This document shows, piece after piece, positions 1 to 12,189 of a DNA stretch of 64,000 nucleotides; the first letter of the stretch is position 1; every line of letters begins with the position of its first letter. The notes beneath the pieces were generated by a model that saw only the letters and a list, made by a program, of their open reading frames with translations, was not told the DNA's origin and did not search any database. The translations under genes and the position numbers were made by a program. The stretch comes from Octopus sinensis (lineage: Eukaryota), in assembly GCF_006345805.1 (NCBI RefSeq), contig NC_043014.1, positions 52,948,001-53,012,000 on the forward strand, written 5' to 3'.

Positions 1-75
1 TTCGTATCACCTCAAAATCATTTTCACTAAAAAATTCTTTGGCTAACTCAAAGACAAAATCATCATTCCTCTTAC

Positions 76-133
76 CTGAATCCAAATCTTCATATTTCTC
101 CACCAAAGTATGGTACATATCAATAAGCGTCAT
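76..133 (-). CDS. Candidate alternative first coding exon (MTLIDMYHTLVEKYEDLDS + 1 nt) of an unidentified gene continuing below position 1
   Basis: Minus strand reads gcaaaATG (133-131), then 19 open non-repetitive codons, then TCA G|GTAAGA (GT at 75-74), a phase-1 donor. It lies in a TE-free island. No homology recognised. Confidence 0.55.
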
Positions 134-1948
134 TTTGCAAACTTTTCTTTTTTAGGTTTTTCTGTTTCTGTCTTTTTTTTTTTACCCCCCCAACGAGACG
201 TGAGGAATAAAAATACAGGGATGTTATGAAAGAAGGGTAAAGATGTGGTGGCTGCCAAGTGAAGATGTGCAGGGTTTATGATGCCTAACCATCCAGAGCC
301 AGCAATGAGTCTCATTAAATCCAGAATCTCAGGTGGATTTAGGGGGCATGGTGGTGGGGTGGACAGAGAAAGAAACCCCTTTGATCTCTCTCTCTCTCTC
401 GTTCCCCTTAAATGTATATTTGGATGTAGGACCTCAGTGAAGTGTCACTGAAGACACTGAATGCTTAACACAAAAAGTCCTGTGATGTAGCTGGTTGCAG
501 GGAGGGCAATCACAGTCAAGCATGAGTAAAGACTAATGACTGATCTTGCACTTTTCGCCATTCAAATTGACCGTTTATCCCTTGAGGTGAAGGAGAAGGG
601 TTTAGAGACAAGATATTTTTTGCTGTCATTTACACAGAATATACATCCATGAAATCTGAACAAGATAAAGGAATAAATAAAGGTATAATTTACAGCCAGA
701 GCCCCAAATTTGGCCCCAGATTTGGTCCCAAAATTCAGATCTACTAGTTCCAAACCAATACTAAAATTAAAAAAAAAAAAAAATAGTGTCAAGGCAAAAA
801 GCAAATATGTTTGTGCCGGGATTATGTGTTGTGGGGTTATCACCATCTGAAAGAAGGCCTTAAAGAATTTGAAATGGTTTCGTCAACAATTCTTTGAGTT
901 GATCAGTTGGGGGGGGGGGATGGGTGGAAGAGGCTATTATTAGCCAGAAATGTTAAGCAAATATTTTATGACAGCAAAAAGAAAAAAAACATTAAAGAAA
1001 AAAAGGAAGAGAAAGAAGAAAATATAGAAGAACGAAGAGAAGAAAGATGAAGAAAAAGAAGGAAGCAATGCAAAGGGGGGGGGTGATTAGGTTTGAGAAA
1101 ATTACAAAAATTAACCAATTTCAACAAATTCTAAACAAACAGTTTTGTCCAATGGGATAAGAAAAAGTTGCGAAAAACTACTTCGAAGAAAAAGGAGAGG
1201 GAAAAGAAGAAGAAGAAGAAGAAGAAGAAGGCAGCAGCTAATGGGAAGAAAGAAAGAGAAGAAAGAAGTTGCAGTGAAAGACTTGAGTGAAGTTGTGAAA
1301 AGAAAGAGAGAAATGAGGGCCCAGTGTGACACGGGGAATATATGAGGGTGTGGGTGAGGTATATTATGGGGGGTAGGGGAAATGATAGGTGACTGAGAGA
1401 GGAAAATATATATATACACATATATACACACAGGGAGAGAAAAGGGGGAGAGAGAGAGAGAAAGAAAGAGAGAGAGAGAGGGATTACTGTTTGGGTTGAG
1501 TATATTTCACTGTGCAATGAAGAGAATTTTGTAGTGATGTAACGCTAGGGGTCTCCTGTGTGTGCATCGGTTAAATAAGACTGCTTCCTCCTGCTTGCTT
1601 GCTTGACTGCCAACTCCAAGACATTTCTAGTAGTAGTAGTAGTGGTGGTGGTGGTGGGTGGGAGAGCTTTGACTGACTGGGTGTGGTTCGGAGCAGAAGG
1701 ACAAGAAGCTGCTCAGCATTCAGCATCCACAAGCACCAGTAACTGTGTGTGTGTGTGTGCGTTTTAAGAGACAGGCAGATGATGGGGAAAAAGAGAGAGA
1801 ACTGCTTCTGCCACTGACTGATCTTTGAATAAAGAATCCAGTCGTTGCCACCCACTGATAGATAGAGAGTTCTACATTAAAAGAAATTGAAACCTGTTTG
1901 TAAAAGTACACAGCCAGACATGTAGGCATGAATGCGTGCAGGCACATG

Positions 1949-1988
<40 letters not shown>

Positions 1989-3235
1989 GGAACGTGTTCA
2001 GTGTAACATGAATCTAAAAGTGAGTGACAGGTCTCATAGGTTCAGATTCACACACACACACGGCTATATATTTAAGAATATGCATTTTTGAGTATTTGAG
2101 AGTGTGTATGTAAGAAAAGAAGGGTGTGAAAATATGTTTGTGAGAGAAAGTGTAAGAATGTGTGTGTGTGTGTGTGTGTGTGTGGTAAAAGAATACAGGA
2201 AACTGTAGGGAAGGATGGTAACTTGTAATTTGTTTTTGTTTTTAAGAAAAGAGAAAAAAAGAAGCAGACTTTCAGAGTTAGACCCAAAATCAGAATGAAA
2301 TTCATATTTTAAGAGAACATAGAATGATAAGTATGATGGTCCACGAAACCTGATCTCAGACTTTGTGAGATGGACACACAGACACACACACTTAGCTGGG
2401 GAGTGGAGGGGGTGGACAAAAACAATGATGATGATGATGGCTGTACAATTTTTGAAAGTTAAAAAAAAAAATTACTGCTCCCCTGTCCCCGCCCTCCTAT
2501 ATATGAACTGAATAAACTTGAAGAATTTCTATGGAAATGTTTGAAGGAACAACAAGGAAAACTATGATTTGTGGTAAACAACTAATTGAACAGTCGATAC
2601 CAAAGACTTTACCATTTTTCAAACTTCCACTACCTTCTTTCTGCCAAAGAATAATAAGGAAGTCACAGAAGAAGTGAAAGATAGAATGATAGACAGACAA
2701 ACAGAGAGAAATTGGAAGGAATTCCCCCACAGTAAGTAAATATTTGCCCTTTTCTCTTGTTTTTGTATTTGTTAATTTTTATTTTCAGATTTTTTTTTGT
2801 GCTAATTATTCTCCACCCCTCACCCTACAACAATCATTAAACATTTTGCCCATAAATCTGCTATAAATCTGTCAGGTGCCACACACACACACACACACAC
2901 ACACAGTGAGATATCACTTTGCCTATGGCCTGTTAGACATCCTCTTTGTAAACTATCATCATCATCATCATCCTCATCATTACTGAAGGCCACAAAGGGA
3001 CAGAATCAATGCTTTGTGCTACAGATTCTGGCTAAATCCATTCTGAATTCGTATCCCACTGAGGTCAACTTTGCTTTCCATCCTTCTGGGGAAATTGGTG
3101 GAGGTGGGGGCCAATAAAAGAAAATATGAGCCAAGTAGTTGGGGGGTGGTCAATGAGTTCAACTAATGTCCTCCCCTCAAAGTTGCTGCCTCTTGGGCTG
3201 AAATTGCGAATAATTCTTCTTAATTAAAGCAGTTA

Positions 3236-3457
3236 AGGTAGTGAACTAGCAGAATCATTAGCCTGGTAGGCAAATTGCTTGGTGGCATTTTGTCTGTCTT
3301 TATGTCCTGAGTTCAATTCCCACCAAGGTCGACTTTGCCTTTCATCCTTTCAAGGTCAACAGAAAAAGTACCAGTTGTGTACTGGGGCTGATGTGATTGA
3401 CTCATCCCTTCTCCCAAAATTGCTGGCTTTGTGCCAAAATTTGAAACCATTCTTATT
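3236..3457 (+). mobile_element. tRNA-derived SINE, family 1
   Basis: Contains the GAGTTCAATTCC box-B-like motif and the family hallmark gactttgcctttcatcctt...aagtaccagt found in more than 10 copies in the window. Confidence 0.8.
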
Positions 3458-3458
3458 A

Positions 3459-3660
3459 AGGCAGTGAGTTGGCAGAATTGTTTTGTATGCTGAGAAGCAT
3501 TTGTTCTGAGTTCAAATCCCATCAACATCAATTTTGCTCTTCGTCCTTTCAGGGTTGAAAAAAAGAAAAAAGAAACCAGTCAAGAACTGGAGTCAATGGG
3601 ATCAATTTGCCCCACCCCTCAAAACTACTGACCTTGTGCCAAATTTTGAAACAATTATTA
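3459..3660 (+). mobile_element. SINE family 1, degenerate copy directly after the previous one
   Basis: gtgagttggcagaat...gagttcaaatcc...aattttgctcttcgtcctttcagggttg; same order of motifs as the other copies. Confidence 0.7.
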
Positions 3661-3859
3661 TCATCAATGTTTCCTTTATTAACAACCAACAAGGAGGACG
3701 ACACAGTGTAAGATTACATAAAAATGCAGGTAAAAACAATAAAATAACAGGGAGTACCTTCTCCTAGTTGGTCTTCAATCAACAGGTGCATGCTCAGAAC
3801 ACACCTTTCCACTCAGGCCATTTAACTATTATCGTTATTGTTATTATTCTTATAAATCC

Positions 3860-4040
3860 TTTCTACTTATAAGCACCAGGCCTGAAATTTCGGGGGGGGG
3901 GGGGTAGCCGATTACAGTCTTCCCCAGAGTTCAACTGGTGCTTATTTCACTGACTACAAAAGAATGAAAGGCAAAATCAACCCCAGCAGAATTTGAACTC
4001 AGAACATAAAGATTCACAAGAAATAACACAAATCATTTTC
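3860..4040 (-). mobile_element. SINE family 1, reverse orientation
   Basis: Plus strand shows gaatgaaaggcaaaatcaacccc...gaatttgaactcag, the reverse complement of the family core. Confidence 0.75.
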
Positions 4041-4174
4041 ATTTGGTGTGCAAACATTATTATCATTATTATGCTTTATGTCAATCACCAGATTGTTGCC
4101 TGTCCTTGTGATCTTGTCATCTATGTCCCTGGGGCTAATAAAGGAAATTATTATTATTATTATTAATCATTATT

Positions 4175-4385
4175 AAGATGGTGAGCTGGGCAAACTGCTT
4201 AGCGGCATCCCATCTTTCTTTACGTTCTGAGTTCAAATACTGCCAGGGTTGACTTTGCCTTTCATCCTTTCAGGGTCAACAAAATAAGTATCAGTTAAGT
4301 ATTGGGGTCGATGTAATCGACTTTGCCCCCCTTCCCTCCCCTGAAAATACTGGCCTTGTGTCTACAGTGGAAAAGATTATTATTA
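4175..4385 (+). mobile_element. SINE family 1
   Basis: ggtgagctgg...ttctgagttcaaatactgcc...gactttgcctttcatcctttcagggtcaacaaaataagta...ggggtcgatgtaatcgact with an ATT tail. Confidence 0.85.
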
Positions 4386-4449
4386 TTTATTCCTTTATTG
4401 CCCACTGGGGCTAAACATAGAAGGGACAAACAAGGACAGACAAAGGATG

Positions 4450-4617
4450 AAGTCGATTACATAGACCCCAGTGCATCACTGGTACTTATTTAATCAACCC
4501 CGAAAGGATGAAAGGTAAAGTTGACCTCGGCGGAATTTGAACTCAAAACATAAATGTCAGACGAAATAGCACAAAGCATTTCGTCTGACATGCTAACGAT
4601 TCTGCTAGCTTGCTGCC
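4450..4617 (-). mobile_element. SINE family 1, reverse orientation, tail-to-tail with 4175-4385
   Basis: agtcgattacatagaccccag...ggtacttattt...cgaaaggatgaaaggtaaagttgacctcggcggaatttgaactc is the reverse complement of the neighbouring copy. Confidence 0.85.
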
Positions 4618-4628
4618 CTAAAGGATTA

Positions 4629-4970
4629 AAGGGCAAAGACCCCCTTCGGTCATGAATGACCATGGGATTGCACCTAGAAAGTTACCCTCCTAGACACAAG
4701 TCCGGGCAAGGTTGTTTATGGAAGACCAGCAGTCGCCCATGCATACCAGCCTCCCCTCTCCACGCCACCAGTGTTGTCCAAGGGAAAGACAAGGGCCGAT
4801 ACAGCTTGGCACCAGTGACGTCGCAACTCATTTCTACAGCTGAGTGAACTGGAGTAACGTGAAATAAAGTGTTTTGCTCAAGAACACAACACGCAGCCCA
4901 ACCCGGGATTCGAGCTCACAACCTCACGATCGTAAGCTCGACGCTCTAACCACTGAGCCATGCGCCTTCA
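4629..4970 (-). mobile_element. Full-length tRNA-derived SINE, family 2, with 11-bp target-site duplication
   Basis: Minus strand begins tgaaggcgcaTGGCTCAGTGG (box A)...GAGCTCGAATCC (box-B-like). An identical direct repeat CTAAAGGATTA flanks it at 4618-4628 and 4971-4981. CpGs are retained. Confidence 0.92.
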
Positions 4971-6289
4971 CTAAAGGATTATGATTATTATTATTAACAA
5001 CAATTGTCTCTAATTGAGGCTGAAGGCTGGTGGCAAATTTTCATCAGGGACCTAGCTGTGTTAAGTAGTCTGCTTCCCACCCACAGGGTTTCAGTCTCAG
5101 CCCCAGCATGTAGGGAGGGAGAGATTACAGGGGGAGAAATGGCACCCAAATGACTGGAAGCAATTCCGAGAAGGCCAGACAAATAATACAGTAAGGACAT
5201 GGTTAGAATGTCTTTGATCATAGGTCAGGACTTACCTTGGGCTAAACAACAACATTCAGTCAACATGAGAGACTCTGTGGTCGCTCAAAAGAAATAAATT
5301 TGTATTACCTCCCAACCCATGCCAGCATGGAAAGTGGACGTAAAACATAGATAATAATATTTACACAAGAGCTTGACTGATAATCTAGTCCTACACCAGT
5401 AAAATAGGACATGATGGTCACAAGTGGAAATCCTTTCATCATACATCAGCTAGTTAGGGCTCATCTGATCCTAACCAACAAAACAAACAAGAGTACCTCT
5501 ATAGGGTCACCGAATCTGCAAGAAATAGCAACCAAATTTACTTTTGGATAAATTAGGGACTGACATACAAAATGACACAATGATCACAGTTTGGAACAGC
5601 ACTGATCATAGGTCTGCTCTTGATCAGGGCTTACCTAGGGTTAAATAACAACAACAGCCTCCAGCCAATGATCCGTCCCTCCCACTGCCAAGTCTGAGAA
5701 GATTTTACTGTAAAAAAACTTCAGTCCTGAGAAGGACAGAAATGAGCATCGTTAGAAAATCGATGGAAGTAGTTAAGAGCAACATATTGAGATAAAGAAG
5801 CTAATATAAGAGAGAGAGGGGGAGAGAGAGAGAGAGAGAGAGTGGGAGAGAGAGAGGGAGAGAGAGAGGGGGAGAGAGAGGGAAGGAGAGGTGAGACAGG
5901 TGGTATGTCTTACCTATCAACAGTAATCATTAAGAAATAATCAATGACCACTCTCTCAGAGTCTCTGATGCAAATTTACTATTTGTTTTGTATATTACAA
6001 TAATTGTCTTAAAGCTTTTGACAGGGTCCCTTGCACCCTCATCTGGGGGTCAATGCAGAAGCTAGGGTTGGTCAGTAGCTGGGGGAGAACTGCCCAAGCC
6101 ATGTCCAGAGATGCAGTCAGCAATGGGTATAGTAAGGTATTTAGTGTAGAGGTAGCTCACCACCAAGGACTGGTTCTTGATCCCCTTGTTGTTTACGAGG
6201 CCATAAGAGAGGAATTTTAAAAAGGTCTGAAAGAAATGAAGTCAGTATGTTCTGCTGCTGGATGTGAATATAAGTGCAAAGAGAGAGAG

Positions 6290-6490
6290 AGAGAGGTTAG
6301 GCATAAAACGAATCAGTTGTGGTGTGAAAGAGAGAAGACTGCACTGGTATGGCTGAGGAGAGCTGCATAGAAATGGATGGAACCCAGGAAGACATAGGAC
6401 AAAGAGGTAAGGAAGCATCTTCAGATGTTGAGCCTCACAAAGGACTCAGACAATTGGCAGATTTGCTGAGTTTGAGAAAATTCATCTTGA
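6290..6490 (+). mobile_element. Degenerate RTE-clade LINE ORF 3' remnant
   Basis: Translates in pieces to ERRLHWYG..EESCI..PRKT..LQMLSLT, matching the better-preserved RTE copy at 62634-62853. Confidence 0.6.
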
Positions 6491-7099
6491 TGACCATGCC
6501 CCCCACCCCACACGAACAATCTGTTCCTCGTCCCATCTTCCCCCTTGTGCTCATCCCCTATTGTATCCCACCCCCATATGTCCCTGTTGAATCTCTTCTA
6601 ATATCTCCCTCCACCTGCATTGCCCCACTCCATTTCTCACTCTCTTTTCCCAATCTCACAAACTTACCCACCTACTGCCTCACCCTCTCCAATCCTTGCT
6701 CCACTTCACTACATATACATCCCCACACCCTTACCCATCACATCTTTTCCCTCTCTCTCCTTTCACCTGAAATAGCCATGCTTCTCCTCTACTGCAACAC
6801 ACCTATTACTCACCCTCAATACTACTCTCACCTCAACTGAGGGGTCTTGTAATTTATTTGGTGACCCTAATGGTGCTGTTGCCACATAAAACCACCTACG
6901 TACACCCAGCCACAAAAATTATACTGCAGCAGACAGAGTTTGGTGCACTCCTATGGTTTGCCAGTTCTTGTTGAACCAAGCAACCAATGCCTGCAGGGAA
7001 AACAGACATGAAAGGATTATATATCATCATCATCATCATTTAACATCCGTTTTCCAGGCTGGTATGTATGTATGGCCTATGCATGTATATCTACACACA

Positions 7100-7952
7100 C
7101 AGGGTACGATGGGTAAATTGTTGCCATTTTATATTTTTAATTTCATGTGTGCGCAGTAGGGTCAGTTGGGCACTGATTGTGAGAAAAACAGCACCATGAC
7201 GCAAGTCACTCAGCCAGAAATTTGGAAACGACATGCTGTACTGCTTGGCATTTGTGCTGGAAGCTCCAATACAAATATTTCAGAGTGTTTGGGTGTCAAT
7301 CTGAGGACAGTGCAATCTAAGAACATGTACCAAGAGTGATAAAAGTCAAATATGCAGTCAACATTATGGTGCTTGAAGTGATCACTAGTGATGGGGACGT
7401 TATGCTTCCATTCATCTCCTCATGTGGCCTTAGACTCAACACGGAGGCCTCTATCAAGTGCCTGGAGGGGGTAGTGCTGTCCTGGGTCAAGAGAGTGGTT
7501 GCTGGAAGCCCCTATGTCTGGCAACAGGACTCTGCACCATGCCACACAAGCAGAACCCAGTCATATTTGTCCGACAATCTTTGCGAGGTCATCACCTCCA
7601 ACTCCTCTGGTCACCTAACTTCCAAGGCTGCAACCCCCTTGATTATTATGTGTAGGGAGCAATTGAGCGAGACACCAACAAAACTCCTTGTAACACCAAA
7701 GATGAACTGAAGGCAAGGATTATGGCAGCATTCACCAACTTAATCAAGGAGATTGTCCAGAAGAGTTGAAGGAGATTCCGAAGTCATCTGGGGGCCGCGG
7801 TTGAAGCCAATTGCGATTTTATTGAATAGATTTGCTCTTTAGTATTTCAAGATATTTTTATGTAATTTGGGTAAATATATCTGTTAAAATGAGATGTCAG
7901 TGTTATCTTCATTTTTGCGTAATTTAGATGATGGTTTATTCACTGTACCTTG
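7100..7952 (+). mobile_element. Internally deleted Tc1/mariner-superfamily transposon, maT (DD37D)-like; transposase is a pseudogene
   Basis: ATG at 7196 starts an HTH-like stretch (MTQVTQPEIWKRHAVLLGICAGSSNTNISECLGVNLRTVQ). It jumps to NIMVLEVITSDGDV..YVWQQDSAPCHTSR, then a frameshift into W-S-P-N..CNPLDYYV (third catalytic residue D, about 36-37 aa after the second D). Degenerate TIRs: tacacacacagggtac (7092-7107) vs gtaccttgtttgtgta (7945-7960). Confidence 0.85.
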
Positions 7953-7986
7953 TTTGTGTATATATATTTATGTATACATGTGTGTG

Positions 7987-8025
<39 letters not shown>

Positions 8026-8027
<2 letters not shown>

Positions 8028-8275
8028 TCATTATCATTTAGCATCCTCTTTCCATGCTAGCATGGGTTGGACGGTTCAACTGGGGTCTGTGAAGCCAGAA
8101 GGCTGCATCAGGCCCAGTCTGATCTGGCAATGTTTCTATGGCTGGATGCCCTTCCTAACGCCAACCACTCCGTGAGTGTAGTGGGTGCTTTTTATGTGCC
8201 ACCTGCACAGGTGCCAGACGAGGCTGGCAAATGTCCACGATCGGATGGTGCTTTTTACGTGCCAGTGGCACGTAA

Positions 8276-8277
<2 letters not shown>
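8026..8277 (-). mobile_element. RTE-LINE-derived 3' tail repeat
   Basis: (CAT)n + tttagcatcctctttccatgctagcatgggttggacgg...ggatgcccttcctaacgccaaccactcc; many copies in the window. Confidence 0.85.
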
Positions 8278-8308
<31 letters not shown>

Positions 8309-8310
8309 CA

Positions 8311-8348
<38 letters not shown>

Positions 8349-9673
8349 CACACACATATATACATCCATACACATACATGTGTAAACAAACATATTCATA
8401 TATATATGCATATATACCTACATAGGTGTGATGTGTGTATATACACAAACTAATCCTCATTAGTGTCTGTTTTCCAAGCTGTCAGGGTCCAGTGAGCCAC
8501 AGTGTGGCATCGTGCTCCAAATCAGCTTTGGCTTGGTTTCCACAGTTTGATGTCCTTCCTAATGCCAACCACTTTACAGTGTGTAGTTGGTGTTTCTTTC
8601 TTGGAATTTAAATTCATTCAAAATTCCTCGTGGCTCACTACGGTTCATTAGAGTCTCTCTTTCTCCTACTCACACACATTTGTATAAGAGTATGCGTGTG
8701 TGTGTGTGTGAGGGGGTGGGCTTTGATTTGTTGTCCACAATTATAGATTTTACAATGTTTGGGAATTTGAATTTGTGTTAATAACACGGCATAGAGAAAA
8801 GCGGAAAAGGTAGAGAGGGAGAGATAAAGGAAGAGAAGAGGAAGTTAAAATAAGGATGAAAGAAGGGGGTGGGGAGTGGAGGGGGGATATCAACAAGTCT
8901 TAAAGATAAAACAAATTACAACAAAAGGAAAATTAAGAAGTCACATAAAATGGTAACGAAAAAGATATCCAATAATCATAAAATAAATACAAACACCCCC
9001 ATATATGAAAAAGGCAACAAAATATGGGACAAATAGGGAACCTTGATGTAAACCATTGTAAAGGCTTGGGGCGGGGTGGGGGGGAGAGACGAAACTGGTT
9101 GGTTTGTTGGTTGGTTGGTTACAAGATCAAATAACACCAATTGCTGGAGGCCCAGTGTTTATTTTGTAATTGCCAAACAAATATAAAGAGGGAGGGGGGG
9201 AATAATGATGGAGTAGAGGGAGGGAAAGAGGGGGGGAGAGAGGAAGTAAGACAAATCCCCCTCCCCCCACAAATTGGTGACATGGATTGAAATGGTTTTT
9301 GATCATTGAGAGCCAATATGAACACAACTAGTAATTATATATGGGCAAAATGGAGCAAAGAATTACGGTCATGATGATGATGATGATGATTGGAGTGGCA
9401 ACAGAATCACTACCTCCTCCTTCTCCTCCAACAATTTCAGGAATACATTTCTAAACAAACTCTGACAAACATTTCTTTCAACAAGTAGACACACATTTGG
9501 ATTTGTGCGTGCGTGTGTATGTCCGTGTGTATGTGTGTGGGTGTGGGTGTGTGTGCAAGTGTATATGCACACATATTTTCATTTGTGTGTGTGTCTGCAT
9601 GTGTGTGTGTATGTGTATATATACACACACATTCATACAATGCCTACCTGTTTTTTAATCTATTAGTTTATAT

Positions 9674-9885
9674 AAGGTAAGTCAACTGGCAGAAATGGTA
9701 ACAGAGCAAGCGTTCCGTCTGTCTTTACACTCTGAGATCAAATTCTGACAAAGTCTTCTTTGCCTTTCATCCTTTCAGAATTGATAAAATAAGTGCCATT
9801 TGAGCACGGGGGGTGGGGGTGAAATACCTGACTGACCCTCTCACCGGAAATTACTGGAATTGCGCCAAAATCTGAAGCCAATCTA
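9674..9885 (+). mobile_element. SINE family 1
   Basis: actggcagaaat...ctgagatcaaattctg...tttgcctttcatcctttcag..gataaaataagtgcc. Confidence 0.75.
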
Positions 9886-9892
9886 TAAGTTG

Positions 9893-10256
9893 GGAGGCAG
9901 AGTTGGGCTGAGTGGTAAGAAGTCTGCTTCCAAGCCACATGGTCCCTGGTTCAGTCCCACCGCATTACACATTGGGCAAGTGTCTTCTACTATAGCCAAG
10001 GCCAACCAAAGCCTTGCGGGTAGATTTGGTAGATGGAAACTGAAAGAAGCCTGTGGTATAATGTGTGTGTGTATGTGTTTGTCTCCCACCACGCTTGATG
10101 ACCATTGCTAATGTGTTTACATCAGAGTAACTTAGCAGTTTGACAAAAGAGACTGACAGAAGTACTAAGCTTAAAAAAGAAATAAGTCTGGGCTTGATTT
10201 ACTCAACTAAAACTTCGAGACAGAATCCCAGCATGGATGCAGTCTAATGACTGAAG

Positions 10257-10258
<2 letters not shown>
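9893..10258 (+). mobile_element. tRNA-derived SINE, family 3 (CORE/MIR-like central domain)
   Basis: gagtggtaagaag head, ggttcagtcccac box B, ttgggcaagtgtcttctactatagcc (CORE-like ccttgggcaagt motif), internal (TG)n, and tail ccagcatgg...aatgactgaa. Confidence 0.8.
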
Positions 10259-10289
<31 letters not shown>

Positions 10290-10324
10290 AAGGCAGGAAT
10301 TGTGGTGATTGGTGGTGCCATGTA

Positions 10325-10622
10325 AACAGCACCCTTGCATCAGAGTTGTGGTCGTTCACTGCCAGTGCCATCGAAATGGAATCCACCCATGAATTGGAGT
10401 CAGGGTTGTTGCCGGTGTTATGTAAATGGCACCCATGCCGGTGGCACATAAAAGCACCCATTACACTCCTGGAATGGTTGGTTTTAGGAAGGGCATCCAG
10501 CCATAGAAACCATACCAAATCAGACTGGAGTCTGGTGTAGCCCCTCAGCTTATCAGCTACAGTCAAACCATCTAACCCATGCCAGCATTGAGAGCAGATG
10601 TTAAATGATGGTGATGATGATT
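10325..10622 (+). mobile_element. RTE-LINE-derived 3' tail repeat
   Basis: ggcacataaaagcaccc..ggaagggcatccagc..aacccatgccagcat..gttaaatgatggtgatgatg. Confidence 0.8.
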
Positions 10623-10623
10623 A

Positions 10624-10670
<47 letters not shown>

Positions 10671-11195
10671 AGATGTGTATGGTGCAAACAACAAACACAC
10701 AAACAGCAGAAAAGTTAGGAAAGTGAGCCAATGACAAAGTTACTTGTAAAATTATTTCCAAACTGTTTCATGCTAAATGCGATTCACAAAACTTTTGGCC
10801 TTTCAATAACTTTTCTAATCTTTGCCAATCAAAATATAATCTGATCCTATTAGAAATTTCAGTGATGTTTCTTCGTCCATTATGTTTTTATGTTCGTTAA
10901 CTTCTCCTAGACTGTCGGTGCAAGGACAACAAAGCTCAAAGCAGCAACTCCCCTAATCACAGGGACTGTCCTAAGGGGGTCTATGTTTTTAAGGGCTGCC
11001 TAATTGGGGCCTCACTGACCCCACTATTTTTACTGCATTTTAAACTAAATACATGGCATTGGTGACTAAATCGGATAGTGGGGCTGAAGGCCTCAAAGTT
11101 GCTCTTTGCAGGAGCTAACCTGAATGCCACCCAAAGGACAGCATCAATGCTAGTACATACATATATATATATATATATATATAGATATATATAAG

Positions 11196-11390
11196 AAGGC
11201 TTAGTGGTAAGAGTGTCTGGCTTCCAATCATGAGGTTGTGAGTTCAATTCCTGAGTCATGCTGTCTGTGTTCTGATGCAAGATACTCTCTTACTTTGTTC
11301 CAGTTCAGTCAACTGTAGAAATAAGTTGTGACATCACTGGTGCCAAACTGAATCAGTCTTCCATTTTTCCTGGGGATGAATTGATTGGAG
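11196..11390 (+). mobile_element. SINE family 2, degenerate
   Basis: ggcttagtggtaagag..gaggttgtgagttcaattcc..ccagttcagtcaactgtagaaataagttgtgacatcactggtgccaa, homologous to 4629-4970. Confidence 0.75.
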
Positions 11391-11838
11391 ACTAATTAAG
11401 ATATGGCTGTCATGTCTAGAACATTGTTGATTATTTATTTGCCACTTGGTTTCAACTTCTATAAAGACTAACACCTCAACCACATATCCAAAACGTAACA
11501 GAATTAGAAGCAAACAAACTTATTCGACCACGGGATGGAATGTGGGTGGGGTGAGGGCACAAAAAGTGGGGGGTGGGGCATGTTGAGGAATTGTTCTAAA
11601 TGAAGCCAGTGGGGATGGGTGTGTCCACAGAAGCTGACGGTAACAGCAGGACTGGAGACATACATAAGTGAACTGATATTGAAGAGTGTGAAATATTGTA
11701 GGGATATCTCATTACTCGTTAGCAAAGAATGTAGGACAACCATGTGACACACAAGCAGACGCGTGTGTGTGTGTGTGTGTGTGTTTGTGTGTGTGAAACA
11801 GACACACATATATATGGATTATAAGAGAATGTATAGAA

Positions 11839-11874
<36 letters not shown>

Positions 11875-12144
11875 ACATCAACCTAGTCACGTATTATTTC
11901 TGTGTCACATACACACCAGCAGCCATGTCCTTAAATTTTTGTATAGATTGTGTGTGTGTTTGTGTGTGTGTGTAAACACACACACACATAGATGCAGGGG
12001 GGGGGGTGAGATGGTGATGTAGTGAAGAAGTTCACTTCCCAGCTCTGTGGCATTGGGGATAACTGTCTTCCATTTTAACCCTGAACAAACCAAAACCTTC
12101 TGTGAATTTAATGGATGGAAAAGAGGAAAGAAGCCCACCGAGTG

Positions 12145-12189
<45 letters not shown>

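Noticed and set aside
4895-4970. tRNA-like sequence with box A/B on the minus strand
   Set aside because: It continues into a 340-bp dispersed repeat body flanked by a TSD, so it is a SINE head rather than a tRNA gene.
6349-6840. 163-aa ORF
   Set aside because: The first part is an out-of-frame RTE remnant and the rest is low-complexity CT-rich sequence; there are no splice signals or domain.
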